From assembly GCA_964016885.1 (NCBI GenBank), contig OZ024743.1, positions 281,480,001 to 281,544,000 on the forward strand: a DNA stretch of 64,000 bases. The letters run 5' to 3'. The notes beneath the pieces are model-generated. The model ran no database searches. It saw only the letters and a list, made by a program, of their open reading frames with translations, and was not told the origin of the DNA. This DNA comes from Eledone cirrhosa (taxonomy: Eukaryota). Of the stretch, positions 39,786 through 53,800 are shown piece by piece. Both the position numbers and the translations under genes were made by a program. Every line of letters starts with the position of its first letter. The stretch's first letter is position 1.

Positions 39786-42700
39786 ATCAACATTAACACG
39801 ATAATGTCAAAGACGTGGTATTTACATAATCATTCGACTTGCTAGAAAGAGAAGCAAAATTTCCTCAAATCACATCAAATAAAATGACAAATTGGACAAC
39901 GTAGTCCCAGTAAATGTGAAACAAAATTTGGTATAAGAATATTTCACAGCTACCTTCGTGAAACCATGCTATCGATTTAAACTTCCCAGTTCCATATGGG
40001 TTAAATATTTTAATGCTTACATGTATGTATGTTTGTATCTATCTATATAATATAGTATATTCTTTTACGGTTTTAGTTATTAGACTACGGCCCTGCTGAA
40101 CACCGATAGAACTAGAATGTAAAACAATCGATTTATTAATCACGATCTCATTTAATCTAATCTTATCTAATCTATATATTCCTATTATATAAAACATTTC
40201 CTTGAACCATTTTATCAAACAGTTATGTATGTGTGTTTGCATTCTCAAACTTTAAAGTATAAGTGTACTAACTAATGTAGTTTTAAAGAACCAATTTCTG
40301 GTGTAATTAAAACATTTATGTATTACGTGGCACCAGGTAAAGTCTTTTTGAAGAGCTTTAGCAGCTTTAGTTAAACCATGCCGTAGACACGGTCAACCAA
40401 GTGCCTATCTTTTTACTATAATAAATTAGATTGGAAGTGCTAGATAATGTTTATTTTTGTTTTTGTTATTACATATATTATAACTTAGAGGTTTCGTGTT
40501 CTCATTGTGGCCAGGAATATCGACACCAAGAAACATTCATCACTTGAATCGCATGCTAAATAACGTACATAATAGCTACATTACCTACCAAACATTCACC
40601 ACGTAGTGTTTAAAACAGTTGCAGACTCTTTTACAAATACATTTGTAGTTAAACTAGACAGAAGACGCACTTAAGAGGCTATATTAATCGAAGATACGAA
40701 TGGAATTTATTATAGAAGCCATGCGGGTGCTAACCCTGACACAGTTGCGTCTCGAAGCATGTGCTTTAGGCTGCATTGACAGTGTTTTACACGTTAAAGA
40801 ATTCTCGCTTCTCAAGTCTTATCTTGTCTGCACCGGTTTGATATTGAAATGTTTTATACATTTACCCCCTTTCGTCGCATTTGTTGGTAAATTGATGGTC
40901 GTTTTTGCCCCCCCCCCCCCCTTCTTTCTTTCTTTTTTTCGCTCTGGCCATGTATTTTGGTGGGTTGTATTTGTGAGGTTCCTAGCAATGGTTAATTGTA
41001 TTTGTGCTTTCATTCTGAAGGAATTGTGAGCAATTTGCAATGTTATTTATGTATATATTTAAAACTTAATGATTTCTATTTTGGCAGAAAACCATACAAG
41101 TAAGGTGTGGGCACAGGTTAAGCTTAAGGTAGTTTCTTCAGTGTATGTAAGTATATCAGTGAGGCTACTTCTAGTTGTTATTCTGGTCGAGCAAAGCTAT
41201 GAAGAAAGGCATTCCGTACGTGACTATCCCGTCTCGAGTCTTACGTATCCAACATATTCCTTTTGTTGTTTAGCCACCTGATTAATCCTGATTAAACAGA
41301 CCTATGACCAAAAGCATGCCACTCATGATAATTTGTTTTTTTAATTTCAGGCATATGATAATGCAGATACATGCTTCATTTTTAATGTAGTTCTCTATCT
41401 TTCTTTTTAAAAAGAATATAACTACAATTCATCCTCCCCTGCTAACTTGTTTTTTAATGAAGAATGTTCTTTTCATTTCTAAGAAAATATAATAAATAAA
41501 CGTTCACTTTAAAAACTTTCTTTATTGTATCTAATTCTATGTCCGTTAAAGGATTCATTATTGAATATTATAGATGTGTTTGACTAAACTTAAACCCAGA
41601 ATTTCTTTTATCTTGCCTTCCAAATTCAAGTTGATAATGAATATAATGTCACAAGTTTTCTACAGGGACGTACTGTCAGTTCTACAACCAGGGATTGTGA
41701 ATAAAAATCAATACAATCTTAATCTCACCTTCGAAAATATATTTCTGCAAAATGTCATAAAACAAATATGCATTAGTGGATTGGCAGTATTGGTAGAGGG
41801 TCGGACGCTATGCTTAGCAGCATTGAGTTACGGGTCTGAGTTCAAATCCCACCGAGATTAAGTTTACCTTTCATCCTTACGTGGTCGATAAATGAAGTAC
41901 CAGTAATGCAGTCATAATTGCTGGCCTTATGCCAAAAGTAGAAACAATTATTAAGGCAGTTATGAAGAAACAAAGTCGTTGGGGTACGGCATTAAATTGT
42001 AGTTATGCTTTAAACATATTTTCATTTTCAGGTGTGATTTGAGGGATATTTTGGCCACAATTTTTAGCAGGTAAGCAACCACCTAGAGGCTCATCGTTAG
42101 CTCATCATTGCTTTTGTAACACGTTGGGCATGATTTGAGGTAAGATAAGTGACCACGAAATGCCCAGCTGGAGAAGCCGTAGTTTGTTTCTTTTAACTAG
42201 GTGGACTAGTAAAGGTGCATGGCTTATAGATTATAGTGTTGGGCTCACGATCATAAGGTTGAAAGTTCTATATTCGGACTTGGCGGTACAGTGTGTCTTT
42301 CAGCAAGTTACTTGATTTCATGTTGTCTACTCCATGCAGCTGAAAAAAGACGTGCCAGCGACCAGGGGTTAACTTTGCGATTGACTGGTGTCCTATCCTG
42401 GGGAGACTTGTACCTTCAGTCACTTAACGTCTCATAAAGCCAGGACAAAATCCGGTCTGGTGAGCCTCGAGACAGATTTAAAACATCTAGGTAGTGTAAG
42501 AAGACGAATCATTGGTGAATTTACCCCGCCGTCCGATTTCAGCGGGAAATACTTTATTTTCTCAGTTTTTTTTTTGTGCCCCATCAATTTAACTTAATTT
42601 ATCTCCTAACATGCTACAAAGGGCGGGAGAGACCCCCCCCCCCCCCCCCCGAGATTTCTTTACCATTTTCTTTCCTCCTTTCCTGTGAAAAAAAGTCCTT

Positions 42701-43090
42701 TGCAGCATATTAAGAGGTAAGTTTAATTGATAGCACAATGAAAATGAGTTTCTGAATTCAAATATTTGTATTATCTTATTATCTTCATTGTGAACAAGCT
42801 TTAATTTTTAATGGAGTGCAGTCATAGTGCTGTTTTGTACTTTTCGAGAATGTCTTGCTAATGTCGTACAGGGTCCTCCAATAGTTTTGATGATGAACAT
42901 TCAGTTGTTCGATCAACTGAGTGTCCTTGTTAAATCAATGTGCAAATGGCTGAATATTCCATCGACACGTGTACTTTTAATATAGGTAGAATCATCATGA
43001 CAGTGTGATGAGGCTGGATCTTTGAATAGTACAATCTATTTGGCAGGTTTCCTCACAATGTACATCAAACTAATTTCACTCACAAACTTA

Positions 43091-43265
43091 CCATATATAC
43101 TCGAATATAAGTTGAGAAATATGTGACCAAAAAATCAATGGTAGAAGGGCGGTTGGCTTATGTTCAGGTCAATATTTTGATGATTTTCATCAATTTCAAA
43201 TTCTACATAAATAAGGTTTGGATTTTTGTCTATATCCGCATTGGCATGTATTCAAGTATATACGG
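43091..43265. mobile_element. pogo/Tc1-type MITE
   Basis: TA-ccatatatactcgaata...ttcaagtatatacgg-TA inverted termini. Confidence 0.65.
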
Positions 43266-46252
43266 TAGGTTGACCTGAGGATATGGTAAGATACTTGTCC
43301 AAGATGTCATGCTGGGATCAAACCCAGAACCTCATGATTCTAAAGCAAACTTCTTAACCACTCAGTCATGCCTATATCCAGATTTACATCTGCATTACCA
43401 TGTGTATCTCTGTGTTTAGAACAGATACGCTTTATCCTTGCATGTTGTAAGAGGCAATTAAAAGGGTGGGTTCGTGTCAAGAGGGTCATCCAGCCATAAA
43501 ATACTCCCTCAAAAAGACCCATCCAATCCGTGCCACTGAAGAAAGGCAGATGAGAGAACAATGATGATTGATAACTACATTTCGATGTCAATCGAAAATC
43601 AAACTGGTTGAAACATAATGTAGATGTAAATATTGTCATCATTATCATCATTTAATGTCTATTTTCCATGCTTGCATGGGTTAGACAGGCTGTCATGTTA
43701 TGTGGCTAGATAGGTCAGGTGACACTGTCTTCTTCATACAATCTGTTTTTGGTTTGGTTTTCTATGGTTGGATACCCTTGCTAGTGCCAACCACTTTACA
43801 ATATACACTGGGATATTTTTTGTGGCACCAGAAGTTGAGTTGAAGTTTGGTTGGGTTATTGTTGTTTTATTTTGTTTGTTCATTTGTAATAGTAGTAGTA
43901 GTAGTAATGAAATGTGAAGTTAATGAGTGAGTAACTTGTTGGTTGAATAATGGAAAGTGAATTTGGTCTCAGTGAGTCAAGAGAAAGCTTGCCATATTCA
44001 AAGAAACAAGAAGTACTCGTTTGTTGTGGTGTGAAGTGATATTACCATGGGGAAGAGGATTTTCCCAAATCACATGGATAAGCATAAACAAATGAACAAG
44101 ACACCACTAATTTTAATGTTTTTATTTGTAACAATATTTACTTGGAAATCATGTGCAGCAATGAACAATGGAAAAAGAATACATGTATAGTTGTAGTGTT
44201 CCATGTAGTAATTATTTATATGTGGCAATGTGTGTAAATGTAGTACTATTTAACTTTACCTGTGTTGGAAAGCTACTGTCGACCCCAGCAAGGCTGGTTG
44301 TCAAAAGTGTGTGACTGTGTATGTTGTTTCATTGCAAGGCTAAATGACTAAATTATTTCTCTCAGAGTCAGGAAATCAGACTGTCTTTCTCCAAGTCAAA
44401 AAGCAGACTGTTCTTTCTAAGGGAAATTTGTCTATTGTTCTCCCTGTGTACAATTGGCACCATTAGCCCTTCCACCAGAGAACATTATCTAAATTTGTGG
44501 CTCTGCAGTCATAGGTCAATCTTAAGATGGTGTGTGTGGCTGACTAAAAAAACCATCATGGCTATATTAGTTCCTCGCTCAGATCAATGCGGGAGCAGCA
44601 ATCAATAATAGAAGAGTTAGCAAAATGCTAGAATATGATTTGAAAAATGTGAGATCGAGATTTATGTTGGTTTTAGTTACATGGAGTCGTGAGTCGCTCT
44701 ACATGTTAAAAAAAAAACCAAAGTACATTCCTAAGACAATAGGATGGGATTAATGAAAATTTGGCTTATATTTCTAGCCGGTTTTAGAGACTACGTAGTG
44801 GCTCTCGTTGGTTTGTGTGTCTGTAAGTGGTTTAATATATATAGTAAAGATTGATTTTAAAACTCACTGATAACAATCTGACTTAATTTCATTTTTCAAT
44901 TTATTATGATGATGTCATCAAGAAAGGTATTTATATCACAACATACTCATTTTTAGACATTTGGGAAACATCATGGTTTCATTTCTCATTGATAACTATT
45001 CTCCATTTATTGTCTGAATAAGATATTTTGTATTTTACAGTAGTTTATATTATATTTATAGGCTCAAATATATAAACACCTGCATTCGTGAGTTTATATT
45101 GAATAATAATAATATTAAAATAATACCATCAATATTTGATTCATTTACAAGCAAATGGCCTCATAACACTGTGTTTTTAGACAACTATCTTCATCCTTTT
45201 GTTTTAGCTGTAGAAGAGAGAACCAATCAACAATTGTTTCAGGGTTATTGCCCCTTGTCAAGATTGTGTATCCCTCTTTTTTCTGCTACATACTAGAACA
45301 CTTGGGAATATATAGTATTCTCTAAAGTAGACATTGGCTGATTAGTCTAATTTGCATACAGAGTAATTTTTGTCAAAAGTTAAAAACAAAACTTGTTTTC
45401 GCTCTAACATAGTGGATATGTAAATGCATTTGTGAGTTTTATATCGAATAATAATAATATTATAATAATACTTTGCAAATTTTGTTATATAAACACCATT
45501 TTAAAAATATATATTTTTTTATATTTGTAGAGTGTGCCAAAATATTTATATTTTCTTTAATGTATGCTGTGAGTAAAAATAATTGTTTGTGAACCACTGG
45601 ATATGAGTAAACAAAACCTGACTTGTTGCTATTCATGCGTGAAGTGAAAACATTTGAGTGGTACTTGTAATTTATTTGATTGAAGACTTTCATACTGACA
45701 TCATATCTGTATATTTACACTTTATCTGAATGAGGTTGATTGTTTGATGTGTAAACACATCTTGCTTATATTTGTTAGTTTCAACTATTTATCTCTAGAG
45801 TTAGTTGAGGCAGTTGTCACCTTTCACTTGAAATGTCTTCATTATATTCAGGTATTATTGAAGACAAAGTGTCCAATACAAGGCTGCATAGAAAAATTAT
45901 GACGGAAAAAACAAAAGGTATAACAGCAAGGTTTTAACTCTTTTGATACCAACCCAGTAAAACTGGCTCTGGTTCTATGAAACAGAGCAACCCATTTTAA
46001 AGGGTTCCTATTCAAATTAATATCTTCTAACATAAATTTATATATGAACCATACATCATCATTATCATCTCTTCATGCCTGCTTTTCTATGCTTGCATAG
46101 TTTGGACATGATGAATACTGTACGTAATGCTAGTCATGATTTTTTAGCAGATTTCTAGCTGTGTGCCCTTCCTATCACCAACCACTTTATAGCATGAACT
46201 GGGTACATTCTTCATGCCACCAGCTCTAGAGAGGTTGTTTATCATGTCTTAA

Positions 46253-46477
46253 CCCTTTAGCATTTAAACCGGCCATGTCCGGCCAGATTTCTCTCCCCTC
46301 TTTCTGTTCAAACCAACTATAACTGGCCACTCAAACTGACATTAAGGTATTGTTCTCAAAATAAATAGCATCAAAATCTCGTAGATTTGATATTATGTGA
46401 GATAATTATGTAAGAAAAAGCCTTTACCACAAAAATACAATAGTATATATATAGAGAGTAATGTAAATGCTAAAGGG
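46253..46477. mobile_element. Intact piggyBac-type MITE
   Basis: TTAA TSD on both sides; TIR CCCTTTAGCATT / AATGCTAAAGGG; nested in an older TTAA element (45934-46884). Confidence 0.88.
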
Positions 46478-48225
46478 TTAAAGAGTCCTCTCCACCAGGC
46501 ATCGGTTTTTATTCAGACTATATAGTAATAAAATCATCATTATCATGTTGACTTTTCCATACTGACATGGATTGGACAGGACTTTTTGAAGCAAGTTTTA
46601 CAGCCAGATGACCTTGATACTAACACTTTTAGTTGCTTCTTCCGACACACAGGGATACTGTGTATCTATTCTAAAAGGGATACACACAGTTTATGACATG
46701 TAGGGGTACGGTGTACCTATTCTAAAAGGGATACACATGGTTTACAACATGCAGGGTTATGGTGTACCTATTCTAAACCAGATATATACAACTCGTTAAT
46801 AATTTTAGTAAATCCCTCAAAATTCTTAATTAATTAATTAAAATTAAGTGTATCTCAATAGAAATATGGCCACAAAAGGGTTAAAATATTTTTTTTATAT
46901 AAGTTAATGAGTAATGAAGAAGCAGAGTCATGACCTTTGAAATTTATGTGATTGATGGTCACCTTGAACATCTGCAGAATAAACCTGGAAAAGCAGGGGA
47001 TGCAGTGTGGTGGTGATGGTAGCAATGGTGCTAGTAATAGTAGTAGCTGTAGTAAGCAGTGAACTCTTTTGGCCCTTTGGATCCCTTGTTCCTTGATAGA
47101 AAACTATATTTTAAAGTGTTTATATTTATCTAAAAACCTTCCATTATATGTAAGAACGTTTGTTACGTTATAAACACCAGCTTAATTATGAGAAAATTAG
47201 TTTTATTACTAAATCCCTCCTAATTCATGATTATTTTCAAAATTATTTGAAAGTCGTTGGCAGTCTCTTTCATTAGAAATATGGTAACAAAAGGGTTAAT
47301 ACAATATTAGCACAAGGTCACAGATTTGGAAGGAGGTAGCAATTCATTATATTGACTCCAGTAACTGAGAGGTTCTATATTTTATTGATCCCAGAAAGAT
47401 GAAAGGCAAATTGAGCCTTGGTGTGATTTGCATTTATCATGATAATGATTTCTAATTCAGGCCTAAGGCCAGTAATTTGTGGGGAAGGGAAAGTTGATTA
47501 TATCCACTCCAGTACTTTACTGGTAGCTTATTTTATCACAGAACCTGGCTGATACTTTATTTTATCAACCTTGAAAGTATTAAAGGCCAAAAGGACATAG
47601 GTGGGATTTCTAATCAGACTGAAAAGAGCCAGAACAAATACTGCAAGGCAATCCACAGCTAATGCAAATAATAATAATATTAATAATGGCTTCAAGTATA
47701 AACACGGGGCCAGTAATTTGGAGAGAGGCGAAAGTTGATTATATTGACCCCCAGAGTACTTGACTGGGACTATATTGTATTGATCCCAGGAGGATGAAAG
47801 GTAAAGTTGACTTCAGTAGGATTTGAACTCAGAATGCTGTAAGTAAATGTTGCAAAGTATTTTGTTTGAAGCTCTAATGATTCTCTCAATCCTCCAATAA
47901 AACAGTGATCAGGTCCAGCATTGTGAAAAATCAGTTAATAAAGTTCACAAAACTAAATAAGTATTTGTAGCAAATTGGAGGGTTGCTGGTTCACTGCACT
48001 TGCCGTGGACAATGCCAAGCCTTTGTGTATGTATGTGTGTGTGGGTGTGTTTCTGCTGGTGGGTCATCAAAACCCTCCTGTGCCATTGTGTGTGTGTGTG
48101 TGTGTTTGTGTGGAGTTCAAATCCTTTCAGGGTTAATAAATAAAATACCAGTTCAGGTGGTGGATTGGCAGAATTGTTCCTTTCGGTTTTATTTAACAAT
48201 AGGCTCCTGTTGTATGCTTTGTGTG

Positions 48226-48560
48226 CAACAAACTGTTTTCCAAGAAATACATTGTGTATACAACAAACTGTTTTCCAAGAAATACATTGTGTATACAACA
48301 AACTGTTTTCCAAGAAATACATTGTGTATACAACAAACTATTTTTCAAGAAATACATTGTGTATACAACAAACTGTTTTCCAAGAAATACATTGTGTATA
48401 CAACAAACTGTTTTCCAAGAAATACATTGTGTATACAACAAACTATTTTCCAAGAAATACATTGTGTATACAACAAACTATTTTCCAAGAAATACATTGT
48501 GTATACAACAAACTATTTTCCAAGAAATACATTGTGTATACAACAAACTATTTTCCAAGA
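48226..48560. repeat. 35-bp minisatellite, 9 full units plus a partial
   Basis: caacaaact(g/a)ttttccaagaaatacattgtgtata. Confidence 0.95.
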
Positions 48561-49520
48561 TGCCATAGATGCCAACTTAAGGAATGCAACAGTACTAAAG
48601 TACGCAGACGACATCAAGCTGTACCTTGAGATAAAAAGGACAGATCCTGAACACTATAGATCTTGCTTGCAGTCTGACCTGGACACAATGCAACAATGGA
48701 TCTCAGACTGGCAACTCAAGCTAGCTGTGGACAAGTACACCACCATGCATTTTGGGAGTAAAAACCCAGCGTCCACATACTCCCTCCACAGCACTAATAT
48801 CAAGAAGTCTTCTTGTGAACGTGACCTGGGCATTACGGTCAGTAGCGATTTGCGTTGGACGAGGCACGTCTCTAAAATTGTCAAGAGGGCCGAGGGTGTC
48901 TTAGCATCACTCAGCAAGACCTTTGTCAGCCGCTCTCCAGCTATCTATTTAAGGCTGTATACAGCTATGGTGCGACCACACTTAAAATTTGCATCACCAG
49001 TCTGGAACCCCTATCTTGCTCAGAACATTGACCGCCTGGAAACTGTTCAGAGACGTGCAACCAAACGAATACCCTCCATCAGGCATCTACCATACTCTGA
49101 GCGCCTTGCTTCCCTGGGCATGGATTCATTGAAGCTCTGACGCCTGGCAACTGACTTGGTAAACACCCACAAAATTGTTAACCATGTTGCCAACAATAAC
49201 CCTGAGTACCTTTTTGATTTCCATGTGTCTAACACACGTGGACATGCCCACAAAGTAAGAAAACAGCACAGTTCCCATGACTTTCGGAAACATTTTTTCA
49301 CGCTCAGAGTTGCTGAAGCATGGAACAAACTACCTGCATTAGTTGTTAGCTGTCGAGACACTGCATCCTTTAAGGCCTCCATGCTTCCCGAGATCCGCCA
49401 ACACTACAGCTAACACATACACACATGTACTTCCCTGACATTTGTGTATTATTCTATGTACTATATTGACGAGTTGTAGTGCACCTGAGCACTTTACACA
49501 ATAATTTCATTATTATTATT
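48561..49520 (+). mobile_element. 5'-truncated CR1-type LINE (same family as 50890-54423)
   Basis: KYADDIKLY, ERDLG, MVRPHLKFASPVWNPY, TRGH, WNKLP; premature TGA at 49138; (ATT)n tail. Confidence 0.92.
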
Positions 49521-50889
49521 AAATACATATCAAGTGTAGGCGTGTCTGTTTCTCTGTTTCCTTCTTTTCTCTTTTCTTTCTCCTTCCTCTCTGCGTTTAT
49601 TATCTCAGTAATCTGTAGAGTGTTGAGCATGCTGTGTGGCATAATTACATCTCTTTATGTTCTGAGTTCAAATCCCTAGCTTTGCCTTTCATCCTTACGG
49701 GGTTGATGAAATAAAAGTACCAGTAATGCATTGGGTTGATTTAATCAACTTTCCCCTCCTTCAAAAACTTGTTGGCCTTGTGCCTAAATCAGAAACCATT
49801 ATTTAAGAGGAAGTACACTGTCAGCAATAAATTTGCTTGGCCTTCCCATACTTGGTGGTTGTGGTAGTGGTGGTGAACTCGGTGACATTAGTAATAGTTA
49901 ATCTTTAAACCTTTAATTGGAATTGTTTACAGGTTAGTGGTTGAAAGAGAAAGGCTTCCTGAGCAAGGTGACATACACCTACACACCCCAAACATACAAT
50001 AAAGAGGTCAGGGTGTCTGTATTGCTGTTGATAAACACATGTAAACCAGTGCAACTTTGTTAACGATTAGGTGACCAGTTGTTAGCATGGCTGCATTCTT
50101 TCATGCAGCCAGCTGAGGTGGATAGTTGGAGCTTGCAATAACAGCATTCTCAGGCCATTTTTCCTGCTTAAGCAGGGGTTACAGAGATGAACATATTCTG
50201 ATTCTAATCTCCATTACATCTGATGAGCAATTTGATCCTTGAGTCAAGCTGATTGTAACCGATTAAAGCTTTGTGCTGATCACGAAATATGTTTAATTGA
50301 AACTTTGATTTCTTTCTTAATATCTATCATCATCATCATCGTTTAATGTCTATTTTCCCACACTAGCATGGTTTAAATGAGTTGTCCCATTGTGAGACAA
50401 GTCAGGTCAGATGATTGTGTCTTGCTTATACAGAACTGTTTCTGGCTTGGTTTAAAATATATTTTCAATGTGAACTGGGTGCTTTTTATTGTGGTACCAA
50501 AACGACCATTTTACAACATGAACTGGGCACTTTTTGTCATGACACCAAAACAACCACTTTATAATGTGAACTGAGCGCTTTTTCTCGTAGCATCAAAACG
50601 ACCACTTTACAGTGAGGACTGGGCACTTTTTGTTGTGTCATCAACACAACCACTTTACAGTGTGGACTTGGCGCATTGTGTCATGGCACTGATATATATA
50701 TATATAATATATATATATGCATTTTATGGAATAAACTGTTTTCAAAGAAGTACATTGTGTGTGTGTCTCTCTGTTTTCATCTTCTCCTTTACAATTTTTT
50801 GCCATGTCTTTCTCAATTTTCTCTTTCGTCTACTTATTTTCATTTCCATTGTTTCTCTGACCCAGTTACTTAAATCATTTTGCAACACA

Positions 50890-53800
50890 TGACTAAATTG
50901 TGATTGCCATTGGGGTACCAGAGGACAAGGCTGATCTTCAGGCATTTGCTGCCAGCTCAGCCAAAGACCTAGGCTGTGTTCCCCCAAAGGGTGCCCTCCG
51001 CCTTGGTCGACCTGGTCCAAAACCCAGACTCATCAGGCTGTCTTTCTCGGACCCCGCAGAGGCAACCTCATATCATCTGGCCTCTGCTAAAGCTGGGCGT
51101 GAAAATCGCATTACCTTCCGAACATGCCCAGGCCTACCACCCCATGTACGTCCAAAACTACGTGCTGCAGCTTCCTTGAATCGGAACTCAGCACAAGATG
51201 AAAGTTTCAGTCTGCGTGATGATGGGCAGATCTGGAGGTTTGTCAAGGCTGGTCTGAGTGTGATCTACCCACAATAACTGGCAATGTAAAAACTGCTACA
51301 ACTCTGGGAAACTAAACCAGAACAACCGGCCACCCTCTACACACCATCATAAACTGCGAGCAGGGTACAAATTGTTGTCCTTAAATGCTCGCAGTTTATG
51401 CAACAAGATACATCTGTTCGAATCCTACGTCAGAAGCATCGACCCTGACTTCATCACAGTCACGGAAACATGGGCGCATTCCTTACTCTGTGATGGGGTT
51501 TTCACCATTACTGGGTACAACCTTTTCCGCAAGGACCGCATTAACTGCCGTGGTGGTGGTGTGATGGTCTACGTTCGTTCAAACTTTTCGGTAATTCCTT
51601 GCGTTGATTTGAACGAATCACAGGAAGAAGTTTTTTCTGTGACATACGTATGACCATGTCAACACTTCTGCTTGGTGTTGTTTATCGCCCCCCAAACTAC
51701 CATCAGGACACACAGCTTTGCGATATCCTCAGAGTTGCTGCCAAGAAAACAGCCACTTATGTGTTTATTGCAGGTGACTTCAATCATCTTGAGATCGATT
51801 GGGAAACCTTTCATTGGCCACAGGGTGCAAACGATTTCCTTGAACTAGTGCTGGACTCAAACTGGTCACAAGTAGTCACCTCTCCAACAAGAGGTGACAA
51901 CACTTTGGACCTGATCTTCACCACTACTCCTGAAGTGGTTATCAGTTGTACTACTGAGGAACCTCTAGGCGACTCTGATCATGCTATGATCATTGCCAAT
52001 CTGGCACTTGAGGGCAGCAACAAAAACCAGAGCCATCTCCAATCTGCTTGCTTTGATTGGAAGAGGGCGGATTGGAACTTGTACTGCACTGAGCTACAGC
52101 GCCCAAACTGGCATGAGATGTATAACTCTGGAGATGTGAACTCTATACTCCAGAGCATCCTGGACTCAATATGGATAGCGTGTGCAGCATCAGTGCCACG
52201 GAAGCGGAAAAATAACCACCCCAAAAGTGCAATCTGGGAAACTTCAGCGGTCCGACTTGCCAGGAAAGAACGTCGGAACGCTGAACGGGAATATAAACTG
52301 CATAGATCAGATGGCAACAGAAAAAAGCGGAATAAATCTTCTAACCATCTCATGCAAGTGACAAAGAAGGCAGTGCTTGAATTTGAACAGTGCATCGCAA
52401 CCAATCCTGACAGTAAGGTGTTCTGGAAATATGTTCATTCAAAGCAGAGACCTCACTCTCCAGTTGGTCCTCTTCACAATCCCCACACAAGCCAGATCAC
52501 TGACGATCCCAAGGAATGTGCAGAACTCATTGCTGAGTGCTATGCAAGTATTTTTACTGTTGAAAACCAGAATGTACCATCTCCACCATCTCTAACATCA
52601 AATTCCATAACAACTATGGAATTTACACCTGCAATGTTGCGACGTCACCTCAAGAATAAGCGCAACTATGCCTCCCCTGGTCTTGATGGTGTGACATACC
52701 TGCTTCTCAAACGTGGCGGGGATTTCCTTTTGCGCCAGCTTTCTTTTTTCTTTCAATACTGTCTCAGCAATGGTGCTACTCCGGAGCAGTGGAAAACTGC
52801 CAGTGTCATTCCCCTGTTCAAAAAGGGCAACCGCATGTCACCTGTCAACTATCGTCCAGTCAGTCTTACTAGCTGTATGACCAAACTGATGGAATCCTGT
52901 GTCAGAGAAACACTTTGGAACTTCTGGAGCTCTCACAGCCTCATCCGGCCCTCACAGTTTGGATTTATCCCTAACTCCAGCTGCTGTGATCAGCTTATCG
53001 AGTTCCTTGAGGACATCACCCGGATCACTGACAGCGGCTCATGGGTGGATGTTGTTTACCTTGACTTTGCTAAGGCTTTTAATTCTGTGCCACACAAAAG
53101 ACTTATGGCAAAACTCTCTGCAATGGGTGTGAGGGATGATCTTTTCGACTGGCTGAAATCCTTCATTCTCAGCCGAAAGGAAGTAGTCATGGTTCTAGGA
53201 CAGCATTCTTCACCATATGAGATGTCATCTGGTGTACCACAGGGATCTGTTCTTGGTCCTCTTTTGTTTGTGGCATATATTAATGACATAGATGCCAACT
53301 TACAGAATGCCACGGTACTAAAATATGCAGATGACATCAAGCTGTACCTTGAAATCAAAAGGACTGATCCTGAAATTTACAACTCTTTCCTACAATCAGA
53401 CCTGGACACAATGCAGCAATGGATCACAGACTGGCAACTGAAGCTGGCTGTGGACAAGTGTACCACCATGCATTTTGGAAGGAAAAATCCAGCGTCCACA
53501 TACTCCCTCCACAACACTGACATCAAAAAGTCCTCTTGTGAACGTGACCTGGGCATTACTGTCAGCAACGATTTGCGTTGGACAAAGCATGTCTCTAAGA
53601 TTGTCAAGAAGGCCGAGGGTGTCTTGGCATCACTCAGCAAGACCTTTGTTAGCCGCTCTCCAGCCATCTATTTAAAACTATACAGCTATGGTGCGACCAC
53701 ACTTGGAATTCGCATCATCAGTCTGGAACCCCTATCTTGCTCGGAACATTGACCTCCTGGAAACTGTTCAGAGACGTGCAACCAAGCGCATACCCTCCAT

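Noticed and set aside
42215-42300. tRNA gene
   Set aside because: Degenerate tRNA-like SINE head without an intact cloverleaf
47983-49140. 385-aa ORF as a host gene
   Set aside because: Non-ATG start; SINE, minisatellite and CR1 RT fragment read through by chance
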